A DNA stretch of 64,000 nt from Tagaea sp. (GCA_965279525.1 CBDIIB010000002.1:384001-448000), one strand, 5' to 3'. Positions 1 through 10,199 are shown, numbered from the stretch's first letter. Notes: generated by a model from the letters alone, not told the origin. A program made the numbers and translations.

Positions 1-1
1 G

Positions 2-439
2 CAGCATCTGCGCGCCGCCGGCAGCCGGCTTCCGGCGATCATGATAACGGGTGGCGGCGATATCTCGATGGCCGTGGAAGCGATGAAGGCCGGTGCCGCC
101 GACTTCGTCGAGAAGCCGATCGGCGCTGCCGATCTTTCCGCAAGCGTGGAAAGGGCTCTCGATCGGTCGAAGGATTCGAACAAGCTTGCGGCTTGGCTGA
201 CGAGCGCAAGCGATCAGGTCTCCAGCCTGAGCAGCCGCCAGCGCCAGATCATGGACATGGTCCTGGCTGGCCATCCCAGCAAGAACATCGCTGCGGATCT
301 CGCCATCAGCCAGCGCACGGTCGAAAACCATCGTTCGGAGATCATGAAGCGGACCGGGGCGAAGTCGTTGCCCGAGCTCGCCCGACTGGCGCTTGCCGCG
401 GCACAGGACAAGCGCGAGGCGCCGGCAGGCCGGGAATAG
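2..439 (+). CDS. FixJ/LuxR-family response regulator (5' truncated by window edge)
   Basis: Frame is open from position 2 (QHLRAAGSRLPAIMITGGGD); receiver end AMKAGAADFVEKP; LuxR HTH LSSRQRQIMDMVLAGHPSKNIAADLAISQRTVENHR. Confidence 0.9.
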   Translation, partial: QHLRAAGSRLPAIMITGGGDISMAVEAMKAGAADFVEKPIGAADLSASVERALDRSKDSNKLAAWLTSASDQVSSLSSRQRQIMDMVLAGHPSKNIAADLAISQRTVENHRSEIMKRTGAKSLPELARLALAAAQDKREAPAGRE

Positions 440-511
440 TCTCTCGACCGCGATCGATCCCCGGGCCGTACTGGACGTCAAGGGCATCGGGCGGCGATAC
501 TCGGGAGTATC

Positions 512-1216
512 ATGAAGCTGTCTCGTCGGAACTTCGGGATGGGGATGCTCGGCGCGCTGGCCGGAATCCCGTCGCGCGCGCCCGCACAAGGTGGCGATGT
601 CGACATGTTGCTCGTCCTGCTGAATGACGGTTCGGGCTCGATCGACGCGGACGAGTACCGGCTGCAGCGCGAAGGGACGGCATCGGCACTCGAACGGCCG
701 GAGATCCTGCAGGCGATCGCACGTCTGCCGACGCGCTCGATCGCTGTCGCTTACGGCGAGTGGGGCTCGCCTGGTGCGCCGCAGGTCATCGTGCCGTGGA
801 TGCGCATCGCGGGTCCCGAGGATGCAGAGCGCTTTGCAGGTCTGCTTGTCGCCGCCCCGCGGCATTTCCAGAGCTGGAACGCGATCGGCGACGGGCTCGC
901 GGTCGCGACCGACCTGATCCGGGACGCTCCTTTCCGTGCCGCGCGCGCGAAGATCGACATCGCAGGCGACGGACCGGACATGCGCGGCCTGATGCCCGCG
1001 GCCGCGGCCCGCGATCGCGCGGTTGCGGCCGGCATCACGATCAACGCGCTTGCCATCCAGTCCGAAGGGTCGGGGCCGGCAATGCGGCTGACAAATCTGC
1101 GCGCACACTACGAGGACCACGTGATCGGCGGACCGGGCGCTTTCGTCGCAACCGCCCGAGATCGGATCGATTTTGCCTATGCGATTTTCAACAAGATGGT
1201 GCGCGAGCTTTCCTGA
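512..1216 (+). CDS. DUF1194 family vWA-like protein with Tat-type signal
   Basis: SRRNF twin-arginine motif; MIDAS-like DGSGS; IDIAGDG and GITINAL motifs; GGGAG SD upstream. Confidence 0.8.
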   Translation: MKLSRRNFGMGMLGALAGIPSRAPAQGGDVDMLLVLLNDGSGSIDADEYRLQREGTASALERPEILQAIARLPTRSIAVAYGEWGSPGAPQVIVPWMRIAGPEDAERFAGLLVAAPRHFQSWNAIGDGLAVATDLIRDAPFRAARAKIDIAGDGPDMRGLMPAAAARDRAVAAGITINALAIQSEGSGPAMRLTNLRAHYEDHVIGGPGAFVATARDRIDFAYAIFNKMVRELS

Positions 1217-1220
1217 CCCG

Positions 1221-2060
1221 TCATCGCGCGGCCGGAAGTCCGAGCAGTTCGCGGGTGATGCGGCCATCCGGCGACTGGAGCTCGTCCAGGATCGTGAAAT
1301 GATCTGCACCTGGGACGGGGACGAGGTTGCCTGCGGCATGGGACGCCGCGCGCCGCGCGTGCATCGCCCGGCTGTCGGCGACCAGTCGCGGCAACTCTGC
1401 CGTTCCGTAGGCGAACACCATCGGCTTGGCGACCACCGGAAGGCGCAGCGGTGAAAGCGTTTCGACCTCGACGTCGGTGAGCTTCAGCTTCTCGTCGAGA
1501 TACGTGTCGCGGATCGGGCCCAACTCGAATACGCCGGAGATTGATAGGCCTGCGCAGACGCGGGCGTGGTCGAGCGCCATCGCCGTCAGATGTCCACCGG
1601 CCGACCAGCCGCTCAGGACGATCGGCCCCGCAATGCCATGTGCCGGCCCCTCGGCCGCCATCCAGTCGAGCGCCGCGCGGATCTCGGCGACAATTTCGGT
1701 CAGCGTCGCATCGGGTGCAAGTGTGTAGCCCGGAAATGCCGCCGCCCAGCCATGCGCCATGACGCCTTTGGCCAGCACGCTGATCGCTTCCCGGCTGTTG
1801 CGCTGCCAGTAGCCGCCGTGGATATAGACCAGGCACGGCGCATCGGCCGAGGCGGCGGGGAACAGATCCCAGCGGTTTCGCTCGCGCGGACCGTAGGGAA
1901 GGTCGAGGCCCTTGGGATGTCTGGCGCGGAACTCGGCCGAGGCCGCCGCCCGCTCGGCGAGAATGCGCCCGCTTTCCTTGACGGCTGCCGTGTTGTTGTA
2001 GGCCGCATCGCGCGCCGGGCGCGAGAGGCGGGCCCAGTCGTCACCGGTCCCCGGCGTCAT
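1221..2060 (-). CDS. alpha/beta hydrolase (arylformamidase/esterase-like)
   Basis: HGGYW oxyanion motif, GWSAG nucleophile elbow, C-terminal DHF His; ATGA overlap with upstream ATPase. Confidence 0.85.
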   Translation of the reverse strand: MTPGTGDDWARLSRPARDAAYNNTAAVKESGRILAERAAASAEFRARHPKGLDLPYGPRERNRWDLFPAASADAPCLVYIHGGYWQRNSREAISVLAKGVMAHGWAAAFPGYTLAPDATLTEIVAEIRAALDWMAAEGPAHGIAGPIVLSGWSAGGHLTAMALDHARVCAGLSISGVFELGPIRDTYLDEKLKLTDVEVETLSPLRLPVVAKPMVFAYGTAELPRLVADSRAMHARRAASHAAGNLVPVPGADHFTILDELQSPDGRITRELLGLPAAR

Positions 2061-2830
2061 GCAGCACTTGCCGCCTTGCCGTGATGGGAATGGAGCTGTG
2101 CTGACAGCACGCGCCGCAGTTCGTTGAACTCGGGCGAGGAGACGTCGCGCGGACGCGGCAGGCCGATCCGGTTATCCGACACGATGCGTCCGGGCCCCGG
2201 GGACATGACCACGACCCGGTCGGCGAGGAAGATCGCCTCCTCGATCGAATGCGTGACGAAGATGACCGTAAGTCCCGTCTTTGCCCAGAGTTCGAGCAAT
2301 TCGTCCTGCAGCCGTTCGCGGGTCATCGCGTCGAGCGCGCCGAAGGGTTCGTCCATCAGCACGACGCGCGCGTCGTTGGCGAGCACCCGGGCGATCGCCA
2401 CGCGCTGTTTCATGCCGCCCGAAAGCTGATGCGGAAAGGCGTCGGCGAACTTGCGCAGTCCCACCACTTCGATGAAACGGTCGACGATCTCGGTGACCTT
2501 CGCGCGCGGCAGGCCGCGCGCCGCGGGGCCGAAAGCGATATTCTGCCGCACCGACAGCCACGGGAAGAGGCCATAGTCCTGGAAGACCATGCCCCGGTCC
2601 GGACCCGGCCCACCGACCGGACTTCCGGCCATCAGGACCTGGCCTTCGCTCGCCGCCTCGAAGCCCGCGACGATCCGCAGCAATGTCGATTTGCCGCAAC
2701 CCGAAGCACCGATGAGGCAGACGAACTCGCCCTGGTCGATCGCGAGATTGGCGCGCTCGAGCGCGACGATCTCGCCGGCCGGGCCGTCGAACCGCTTGGT
2801 GACGTAGTCGACGCGGATCAGTTCAGCCAT
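2057..2830 (-). CDS. NitT/TauT-family ABC transporter ATP-binding protein
   Basis: Walker A GASGCGKS, signature LSGGMKQR, Walker B VLMDEPF. Confidence 0.95.
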   Translation of the reverse strand: MAELIRVDYVTKRFDGPAGEIVALERANLAIDQGEFVCLIGASGCGKSTLLRIVAGFEAASEGQVLMAGSPVGGPGPDRGMVFQDYGLFPWLSVRQNIAFGPAARGLPRAKVTEIVDRFIEVVGLRKFADAFPHQLSGGMKQRVAIARVLANDARVVLMDEPFGALDAMTRERLQDELLELWAKTGLTVIFVTHSIEEAIFLADRVVVMSPGPGRIVSDNRIGLPRPRDVSSPEFNELRRVLSAQLHSHHGKAASAA

Positions 2831-3608
2831 GTTGTGGGCTCCAGCGCAGCAGACGCTTGCCGAGCATCTGGACAGCCTTGTCGGAGAGATAACCGGCGAT
2901 CCCGATCACGATCATTCCGGCAATGACGATCTCGGTGCGCGACAGCTGGCGCGCATCCATGATCATGGCGCCCAAGCCCGTCTGTACGCCCGTCATCTCG
3001 CCGACGACGATGACGACCCACGAGAAGCCGAGTCCGAGCCGCAGCCCCGTGAAGATGCCGGGCATCGATGCAGGCAGCACGACCTTGAAGAACATGGCGG
3101 CCGGCCGTATCCCCAGCATCGAGGCCGCCTCGAACAGGCGCGGCTCGACGCTGCGCACGCCGAAGATGGTGTTGACGAGGATCGGATAGAACGCGCCGAG
3201 TGCGACGAGGAAGAATGCCGAACGCGGCCCGAGGCCGAAGACGATCATCGACAGCGGCAGCCACGCCGTGACCGGCACGGGCCGCAGGAGCTGGAACATC
3301 GGATCGAGCAGGTCGCGGGCGAGGGGGAGACGCCCGATGAGCATGCCCAGCGGCAGCGCCAATGCCGCCGCCATCAGGAACGCGCCGTAGACCCGGCTTG
3401 CCGACGCCAGCAGGTGCGTCAGCAGCGTGCTGCTGAACGCATCGTCGTAGACACCCCCGACCGCGACGTCGAGCATGATCACCGCCACCTCCCTGGGCGG
3501 CGGGATCAGCCCGTGGGGCGAGTTGAGCGTCCCGAGCCACCAGCCGAATAGGCAAAGGCCCGGTATCGCCGCCGCAAGCAGCGCGCGTCTTGCGTCAAAG
3601 CCGTGCAT
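2823..3608 (-). CDS. NitT/TauT-family ABC transporter permease
   Basis: Hydrophobic helices, EAA loop FEAASMLG, VVGEM motif. Confidence 0.93.
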   Translation of the reverse strand: MHGFDARRALLAAAIPGLCLFGWWLGTLNSPHGLIPPPREVAVIMLDVAVGGVYDDAFSSTLLTHLLASASRVYGAFLMAAALALPLGMLIGRLPLARDLLDPMFQLLRPVPVTAWLPLSMIVFGLGPRSAFFLVALGAFYPILVNTIFGVRSVEPRLFEAASMLGIRPAAMFFKVVLPASMPGIFTGLRLGLGFSWVVIVVGEMTGVQTGLGAMIMDARQLSRTEIVIAGMIVIGIAGYLSDKAVQMLGKRLLRWSPQHG

Positions 3609-3624
3609 ATCTATTCGCCGGTGC

Positions 3625-4575
3625 TCAGGCGTTTTTGGCGACTTCGTCGGAGAACTTCGTGCTGATGAACGTGTCGTAGTTCGGCAGCGCGCGGATCTGC
3701 TTCAGCTCCAGCATCTGCTCGGAATAGGTCTTCACCTGCTGGACCATCAGCGGCGTCATCTGCCAGTTGAGCTCCACGTTCGGCACCGAAACCTCGAGTG
3801 CCTCGCGCTTCTGGCCGAGCTTGGCCATCGACATCGAGATCATTTCCTCGCGGTTGGCCATCGCGAAGCCGCTTGCCTTGCGCTGGATGTCGAGGATCAT
3901 GCGCACCATGTCGGGCTTGGCCGTCAGCATGTCGGTGTGGGTGCCGAGGATCATGTTGAGGCTGCCCATCGCGGTCGAGTAGGGGTACTCGACGATCTTG
4001 CCCACGCCGGAGCTGACCGACACGCCCGGTGCAGGTTCCGCGCCGACATAGGCGTCGACGTCGCCGCGCGCGAGCGCGGTGTGCATCTCGCTGAAGCTGA
4101 CGCGGACCGACTGGATGTCCTTGATCGTCATGCCTTCCATGCGCAGGCGCTCGAGGATGAAGACTTCCTGGGTCGAGCCCGGCCAGATCGCGACCTTCTT
4201 GCCGCGCAGGTCCTTGAGATTGGCGATGGGCGAATCCTTGCCCGCGACGACCGCCATGCCCTTGTTGCAGGCGGAGCCGAACACCGTCACGGGCTCGCGC
4301 GCCGCCGCCCCGAGGATTCCGGCGGCGATCCCGAACGTGGCGAACTCGACCGACTTGGTGACCACGGCGTTCTTCGCCTCGGTCGGGCTTTCGAACGGGA
4401 TCACCTCGATCTTGTATCCGGCCGGCGTGAAGCGATCATAGAAATAGGGCGTGATTGAGTGGATCAGCTTGAGGGCACCCATCTTGATCACGGTGGGGTT
4501 CTGCTGGGCGGATGCCGGACGCACGAAAGGCATCGCAAGGCCGGCGGCCAGAACGGAACGGCGCGAAAGACGCAT
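3625..4575 (-). CDS. NitT/TauT (SsuA/NMT1-like) ABC substrate-binding protein, Tat signal
   Basis: Start moved to MRLSRRSVL with AAGGAG SD; DLRGKKVA and ALARGDVDA motifs. Confidence 0.9.
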   Translation of the reverse strand: MRLSRRSVLAAGLAMPFVRPASAQQNPTVIKMGALKLIHSITPYFYDRFTPAGYKIEVIPFESPTEAKNAVVTKSVEFATFGIAAGILGAAAREPVTVFGSACNKGMAVVAGKDSPIANLKDLRGKKVAIWPGSTQEVFILERLRMEGMTIKDIQSVRVSFSEMHTALARGDVDAYVGAEPAPGVSVSSGVGKIVEYPYSTAMGSLNMILGTHTDMLTAKPDMVRMILDIQRKASGFAMANREEMISMSMAKLGQKREALEVSVPNVELNWQMTPLMVQQVKTYSEQMLELKQIRALPNYDTFISTKFSDEVAKNA

Positions 4576-4621
4576 GGGTGATCTCCTTGGATTGGCGGCG
4601 GAATTCTGTGCCCGCTTTTTA

Positions 4622-4637
4622 AGCAACATTCGGGCCA
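4622..4637 (-). promoter_or_regulatory. sigma54 (-24/-12) promoter
   Basis: Minus strand TGGCCC-GAATG-TTGCT (GG-N10-GC), about 46 nt before the SBP start. Confidence 0.65.
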
Positions 4638-4662
4638 CGGGCATCCGGCAATCCAGGTGGCG

Positions 4663-6201
4663 TCAATCCGTCGAAGGCAGGACGGCCCTTACTTCCGGCA
4701 GATCGGCGGTGAAGCCGCCGTCGGCGATCTGGGCCGCCATCCGGACGATCTCAGCCGCGAGCGAGCGATCGGCATCGAGGAACCCCGATATCTTCCGGAC
4801 CTTGTCGACGGCACCCTTGGCGCGCGGGCCGGGGCGCAGGGGGGCGCGCATCTCGATGCCCTGTGCGGCCATCAACGCCTCGATCGCAACGATATTAGCA
4901 AGATTGGCCGCCATCGGAAGCAGGCGCCGTGCGCCATGGGCCGCCATCGAAACGTGATCTTCCTGGTTGATGGACGTGGAGATCGAGTCGATCGACGCAG
5001 GCGCCGCGCGCATCCTGTTCTCCGACGCGAGGGCCGCCGACGTGACCTCGGGGATCATGAAGCCGGAGTTCAGTCCCGGCTTCGGGATCAGGAAGGCCGG
5101 CAGGCCGGAAAGCGACGGGTCCACCAGCATCGCGCAGCGGCGCTGGGCGATGTTGCCGATCTCGGCGGCGGCGAGTGCGAGCATGTCCGCCGCGAACGCG
5201 ACGGGCTCGGCATGGAAGTTCCCGCCGGAGAGCACTTCGCCGGTATCCTGCATTACCAGCGGGTTGTCGGTGACGCCATTGGCCTCGCGCTCCAGCATTC
5301 CGGCCGCGGCACGCATGACGTCGAGTGCGGCCCCCATCACCTGCGGCTGGCAGCGCAGCGAGTAGGGGTCCTGCACGCGCGGATCGTCGGCAAGATGCGA
5401 GCGGCGGATCTCGCTGTCGGCCATCAGGGCGCGCAGCACGTTTGCCACGTCGATCTGGCCGGGCTGGCCGCGCAGCGCCTGGATGCGCGCGTCGAACGGC
5501 GTGTCGGCGCCCGCCGCCGCGTCGACCGACATGGCGCCCGTCACGAGGGCGGATGCAAAGCACTCCTCGATCGCGAACAGGCCGGCGAGTGCCAGCGCCG
5601 TCGAGACCTGCGTGCCGTTGAGGAGTGCGAGGCCTTCCTTCGGGCCCAGCACGACCGGTGACAGGCCCGCTCGCGAAAGGGCCGCGGCACCCGGCATGAC
5701 GGTTCCGTCGAGCACGGCATCGCCCTCGCCGATCAGCACGGCGGCCAGATGCGCGAGCGGCGCCAGATCGCCGGACGCCCCGACCGATCCCTGGCCGGGA
5801 ATGACCGGCAGCACGCCGCGCGCGAGCATCTGCGCCAGAAGTTCGAGCGTGGCCGGATTCACGCCCGATGCGCCATGCGCGAGGCTGGCGATCTTCAACG
5901 CCATCACGAGCCGGACGACGGGACCATCGAGCGGCGTGCCGACGCCGGCACAATGCGAGCGCACGATGTTGACCTGCAGCTCGGCCAGCTTGTCGGTCGG
6001 GATGCGCACGCTCGCGAGCTTGCCGAATCCGGTATTGACGCCGTAGATCGCGTCGTTGCCGCGTGCGGCGCGGGCAAGAAGTTCGTGCCCGCTGGCGACG
6101 CGATCCATCGCTACGACAGGAATTTCCAGCAAGTCGCCGCGCATCATGGCGCGCCAGAGCGACAGCTTCGCGGAACCGGGATCCAGACGGCGGGAATTCA
6201 T
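4663..6201 (-). CDS. hutH: histidine ammonia-lyase
   Basis: [10 protein letters not shown] motif, MIO triad in [36 protein letters not shown]. Confidence 0.9.
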   Translation of the reverse strand: MNSRRLDPGSAKLSLWRAMMRGDLLEIPVVAMDRVASGHELLARAARGNDAIYGVNTGFGKLASVRIPTDKLAELQVNIVRSHCAGVGTPLDGPVVRLVMALKIASLAHGASGVNPATLELLAQMLARGVLPVIPGQGSVGASGDLAPLAHLAAVLIGEGDAVLDGTVMPGAAALSRAGLSPVVLGPKEGLALLNGTQVSTALALAGLFAIEECFASALVTGAMSVDAAAGADTPFDARIQALRGQPGQIDVANVLRALMADSEIRRSHLADDPRVQDPYSLRCQPQVMGAALDVMRAAAGMLEREANGVTDNPLVMQDTGEVLSGGNFHAEPVAFAADMLALAAAEIGNIAQRRCAMLVDPSLSGLPAFLIPKPGLNSGFMIPEVTSAALASENRMRAAPASIDSISTSINQEDHVSMAAHGARRLLPMAANLANIVAIEALMAAQGIEMRAPLRPGPRAKGAVDKVRKISGFLDADRSLAAEIVRMAAQIADGGFTADLPEVRAVLPSTD

Positions 6202-6277
6202 GCGGGCGTGAACCGGATTTGACGTTCAGGATATGGGAAATCAGGCAACCATGTTGCCCGCCTCCGGAGCAAGCGGA

Positions 6278-6306
6278 TTGTCCTGCGCGCGATGCGCCGC
6301 TATAAG
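6278..6306 (+). promoter_or_regulatory. sigma70-like promoter of carbonic anhydrase (probably leaderless mRNA)
   Basis: TTGTCC-N17-TATAAG ending 6 nt before ATG 6313; no SD. Confidence 0.5.
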
Positions 6307-6312
6307 CGCCTG

Positions 6313-6969
6313 ATGCTCGATCATCTGAAAGCGAACAACCGCGCATGGTCCCAGAGGATGATGTCCGCCGACGGCGGCTTCTTCCGCCGGCTCGAACGCC
6401 AGCAGGCGCCCGAGTATCTTTGGATCGGCTGCTCGGACAGCCGGGTGCCGGCCAACGAGATCGTCGGGCTTGATCCGGGCGAGCTCTTCGTCCACCGGAA
6501 TGTCGCGAACCTGGCGCCGCCGCAGGACGCCAACTACCTTTCGGTCCTCCAATTCGCTGTCGATGTCCTCAAGGTCAAGCACATCATCGTCGTCGGTCAC
6601 TATGGGTGTGGCGGCGTGAAGGCGGCGGTGGACGGGCAGCGGCGCGGACTCGTCGATCATTGGCTGCACCCGATCCGCGAGTTGCGACACACGCATCGCG
6701 AGGAGCTCGACGCGATCCTCGACGAACGTTCGATGCTCGACCGGCTATGCGAGCTCAACGTGATCCGGCAGGTGCGCAACGTCGCATCGGACGTTTTCGT
6801 GCACGAGGCGTGGACGCGCGGCCAGACACTGGCCGTGCATGGCTGGGTCTATTCTCTGGCGAACGGACTGGTGCGCGATCTCGATGCGACCGTGTCCCGG
6901 ATCGAGGAACTCGATCGGCTCCACAATCTGCCCGCCCGCCGGCCGCTGGGCCTGGACCCCAGCAGATAA
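6313..6969 (+). CDS. can: beta-class carbonic anhydrase
   Basis: WIGCSDSRVP, FVHRNVAN and GHYGCGG zinc ligands. Confidence 0.95.
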   Translation: MLDHLKANNRAWSQRMMSADGGFFRRLERQQAPEYLWIGCSDSRVPANEIVGLDPGELFVHRNVANLAPPQDANYLSVLQFAVDVLKVKHIIVVGHYGCGGVKAAVDGQRRGLVDHWLHPIRELRHTHREELDAILDERSMLDRLCELNVIRQVRNVASDVFVHEAWTRGQTLAVHGWVYSLANGLVRDLDATVSRIEELDRLHNLPARRPLGLDPSR

Positions 6970-7010
6970 CATCATGTTTCGTATATCTTAGAAATTGGTT
7001 ATCCAGTTAT
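6966..7010 (+). promoter_or_regulatory. putative LysR-binding region (copy 1)
   Basis: ATAAC-ATCAT-GTTTC...; 16 of the first 21 nt identical to 12611-12631. Confidence 0.45.
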
Positions 7011-7021
7011 GCTCGCGGTCA

Positions 7022-7037
7022 TGGCATCTGGTTTGCC
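7022..7037 (+). promoter_or_regulatory. sigma54-like promoter
   Basis: TGGCAT-CTGGT-TTGCC (GG-N10-GC) upstream of the Liv-type SBP. Confidence 0.45.
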
Positions 7038-7164
7038 GACAGTTGCTGCCTGTTGACGGTGCGACGGTCGATTGCCTACGCACGCTGTGATCGGCGAACA
7101 TGATCCCGTGAAACCGTGACCGGACAACCGGCGCGCACGACATAAAAGTTCGAGGGAGAGAACG

Positions 7165-8298
7165 ATGAAAAAGTGGATATTTGGCGCCGTACTTGCGACC
7201 GCTCTTGCGTTGCCGGCGACGGCTCAGCAGACCGTCAAGCTTGTCAATGTCGTCGAGCTTTCCGGGGCGGGTGCCAGTGCGGGCACCAACTGGCGCAACG
7301 GCATCGAACTGGCGGCGGCACACATCAATGCCAAGGGCGGCATTCTCGGCCGCCAGATCCAGCTCGTGCATTACGATACCCAGACGAATCCCGGCAACAC
7401 GCGCGCGGCGGTCCAGCGCGCCATCGACGAGGATACGTACGTCGTTCTTGGCCCGGTCTTCTCCGGCCCGATCGGTGCATCGATGCAGATCGCCCAGCGG
7501 GCCGAGATTGCCCAGATCGTCGGTGGCGAGGCCGCCGGCCTCACAATGCAAGGCAATCCCTATATCTTCCGCACGTCGCTGAGCCAGTCGGCCGCAATGC
7601 CGAAGATCGCGAACTACCTGAAGGACACGGTAAAGGCTTCGTCACTCGCGATCATCTGGGTGAACAACGACTTCGGCAAGGGAGGTCGCGACGCGATCAT
7701 GCCAGAGCTTGCCAAGCGCGGGATCAAAGTGGTCGCAGACGTTTCGACCGAGCAGGGTCAGGCCGATTTCGCGGCCGACGCGATCAAGATCAAGAACTCG
7801 GGTGCCGATGCGGTCTTCGTCTATCTCAACGAGGACGAAAGTGCGCGTTTTCTGCGGGCCGCCCGCCAGCAGGGGATCGACAAGCCGCTTGTCGGCGAGA
7901 CGACACTGCTCGGCGCCAAGGTCATCGAACTGGCCGGCGATGCCGCCAACGGGGCACGCGGGCATGTCGGGCTGTCGGTTGACGCGCCGATCCCGGCTTT
8001 CCAGGAATTCGGCAAGCAGTTCCGCGAGAAGTTCAACGCCACGCCCGATCACAACGGCCTCAAAGGCTACATGGCCGTCTACATGGTCAAGTGGGCGACC
8101 GAGAAGATGGGCAAGTTCGACAAGAAGGGCGTGGCCGATACGCTGCGGGGTGCCACGATCACCACGCAGATGGAGCCTGGAATCCTGATCACGACGAAGA
8201 TCGAGAGGAACGGCGATCTGGATCGCGAGAGCTTCCTGGGCGAAGTGATAGGCGGCAAGCAGGTCATCAACGTCAAGCTGCCGATGGTCAATCCCTAG
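7165..8298 (+). CDS. Liv-type (HAAT) ABC substrate-binding protein
   Basis: Signal peptide; ELSGAGA, INAKGGILGRQI, YIFRT, NNDFGKG motifs; GGGAG SD. Confidence 0.93.
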   Translation: MKKWIFGAVLATALALPATAQQTVKLVNVVELSGAGASAGTNWRNGIELAAAHINAKGGILGRQIQLVHYDTQTNPGNTRAAVQRAIDEDTYVVLGPVFSGPIGASMQIAQRAEIAQIVGGEAAGLTMQGNPYIFRTSLSQSAAMPKIANYLKDTVKASSLAIIWVNNDFGKGGRDAIMPELAKRGIKVVADVSTEQGQADFAADAIKIKNSGADAVFVYLNEDESARFLRAARQQGIDKPLVGETTLLGAKVIELAGDAANGARGHVGLSVDAPIPAFQEFGKQFREKFNATPDHNGLKGYMAVYMVKWATEKMGKFDKKGVADTLRGATITTQMEPGILITTKIERNGDLDRESFLGEVIGGKQVINVKLPMVNP

Positions 8299-8315
8299 GC
8301 GTCCGCAGGCGCACG

Positions 8316-8345
8316 CCGTATCCGGGATCGCGTTCCCGGATACGG
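8316..8345 (+). repeat. intercistronic stem-loop after SBP
   Basis: CCGTATCCGGGA-tcgcgt-TCCCGGATACGG, 12-bp perfect stem. Confidence 0.75.
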
Positions 8346-8367
8346 TGGCCCGGAAACCCTATTGTCG

Positions 8368-9246
8368 ATGACCGAATTCATCCAGATCCTGATGGCCGGC
8401 CTTGCGACGGGCGCCATCTACTCGCTCGCCGCCATCGGCTTCACGCTTGTCTGGCAGACGTCTCAGACGATCAATTTCGCGCAAGGCGAGTTCGTCATGC
8501 TGCCGGCGATCTTCGTGCTGGCCGGCACGCTCGTCTTCGGACTGCCGCTGTGGCTGGCGGTTGTCGCGGGGTTTGCGGCGTTCGTGCTGCTGTTCGGTTT
8601 CGGCTTCAAGCGACTGATCGTCGATCCGATGATCACGCAGGGCGTGTTGCCGCTCGCGTTCGCGACGATGGCGCTGTCGATCTTGATGAAAGAAGGGGCC
8701 AAGGATTTCTTCTCGGCCGAAGCGCAGGTCTTTCCGTCGCTGGCACCTGAGGGAAATCTCTCGGCCTTCGGCATTTCAATCGCATGGCAGAACATCGTTG
8801 TCGTCGCCGTCGCGTTCCTGGCGATCGGTCTCTTGCAGTGGTTCGTGAACCGGACTCGGACAGGCCGCCAGATGCAGGCGACCGCGCAGAATCCATCCGT
8901 GGCGCTCATTCTGGGTATCCCGGTCCAGCGGATGATCCTGCTGACATTCCTGATCAATGCTGGGCTCGCCGCAGTCGCGAGTTTCCTCGTGGCGCCGATC
9001 TATCTCGCAAAGTTTTCCAACGGCGAGGTCATCGGGCTTGCCGCGTTCATTGCCGCGATAATCGGCGGGTTCAACCAGGTACGAGGGGCGCTGTGGGGCG
9101 GGCTGCTCGTCGGCGTCATCGACGCGCTCGCCGCCTCATATGTTTCGACAAGCTATCGTAGTGCCGTGCCGCTCGTCCTGCTTGTCGCGATCATCCTGCT
9201 CAAGCCGGAAGGCCTGTTCGGCAGCCGCGAGGAGCGGCGGGTATGA
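8368..9246 (+). CDS. livH: branched-chain amino acid-type ABC permease
   Basis: GAIYSLAAIGFTLV...INFAQGEF; GRQMQATAQN. Confidence 0.92.
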   Translation: MTEFIQILMAGLATGAIYSLAAIGFTLVWQTSQTINFAQGEFVMLPAIFVLAGTLVFGLPLWLAVVAGFAAFVLLFGFGFKRLIVDPMITQGVLPLAFATMALSILMKEGAKDFFSAEAQVFPSLAPEGNLSAFGISIAWQNIVVVAVAFLAIGLLQWFVNRTRTGRQMQATAQNPSVALILGIPVQRMILLTFLINAGLAAVASFLVAPIYLAKFSNGEVIGLAAFIAAIIGGFNQVRGALWGGLLVGVIDALAASYVSTSYRSAVPLVLLVAIILLKPEGLFGSREERRV

Positions 9247-10199
9247 ACAGACGGTTCGGTGCGCTTGACGGCGTGTTCGCGTGCCTCGTCGCCGGTGCAG
9301 TCGTCCTGTGGTTCGTTCCGACGGGCATGGGCCGCTACGGCACATACGTCCTGTCGCTGTGGCTGGTGATGACCGTCGCGGCGATGGGCCTCAATCTCGT
9401 GCTTGGCTATGCTGGCCTGAAGGCCCTGTGCCAGGCCGCGTTCCTCGGGATAGGCGCATATGCGACGGCGCTGCTCACCAAGGCCGGGGTGCCGTGGATC
9501 GCGGCCTTCGGTATTTCGGGCATGCTCTGCTTCCTTGCTGGCATCGTCATCGGTTTTCCCGCGTTGCGCGTGCGCGCGCATTACCTCGGCTTCGTCACAC
9601 TCGCTTTTGCCACCGTCGTATGGCTGGTGATGCGCAACGAGCAATGGCTGACCGGGGGCACGTTCGGCATCGGCAACATCCCGCGCCCGGAAGTTTTCGG
9701 ATTCAAGACCGACGGCGCGCTCGCTTTCCATCGCTTCGTCGTCGGCACGACCCTGCTTCTGGCGCTCGCACTGTGGTGGCTGCTGAAGAGCCCGTGGGGG
9801 CGCGCTTTTCTGGCATTGCGTGAAAATCCCTTGCGCGCGGCAAGCCTCGGTATCGACACACGCCTCTATACCCTGCTCGCGTTCGCGATCAGTGCGGCAT
9901 ATGGCGGCTTTGCGGGTGCCCTCTATGCGCCACTGGTCGAGTTCATCGATCCGAGCCCGTTTTCCCTGTCCGCGTCGTTTTTCCTCGTGCTGATGGTGAT
10001 CGCCGGGGGTGCAGGCTACATGCTGGGGCCTTTCGTGGGAGCGCTTCTCGGGATCGCATTGCCCGAATGGCTGCGTTTCACCGGTGGACTCTACCTGATC
10101 ATCTTCGCCGGCACCGTGCTGCTGCTCCTGATCGCGTGCCCCACGGGTATCCTCGGACTTGCCGATCGCGCGATCGCGCGGATCCGGAGGCCCAAGTGA
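9243..10199 (+). CDS. livM: branched-chain amino acid-type ABC permease
   Basis: GLNLVLGYAG, AFLGIGAY, WGRAFLALRENPLRAASLGI; ATGA overlap. Confidence 0.92.
   Translation: MNRRFGALDGVFACLVAGAVVLWFVPTGMGRYGTYVLSLWLVMTVAAMGLNLVLGYAGLKALCQAAFLGIGAYATALLTKAGVPWIAAFGISGMLCFLAGIVIGFPALRVRAHYLGFVTLAFATVVWLVMRNEQWLTGGTFGIGNIPRPEVFGFKTDGALAFHRFVVGTTLLLALALWWLLKSPWGRAFLALRENPLRAASLGIDTRLYTLLAFAISAAYGGFAGALYAPLVEFIDPSPFSLSASFFLVLMVIAGGAGYMLGPFVGALLGIALPEWLRFTGGLYLIIFAGTVLLLLIACPTGILGLADRAIARIRRPK

Noticed and set aside
4663-6201. Ergothionase or Phe/Tyr ammonia-lyase instead of HutH
   Set aside because: The MIO-forming ASG and the His-specific SH motif are both present
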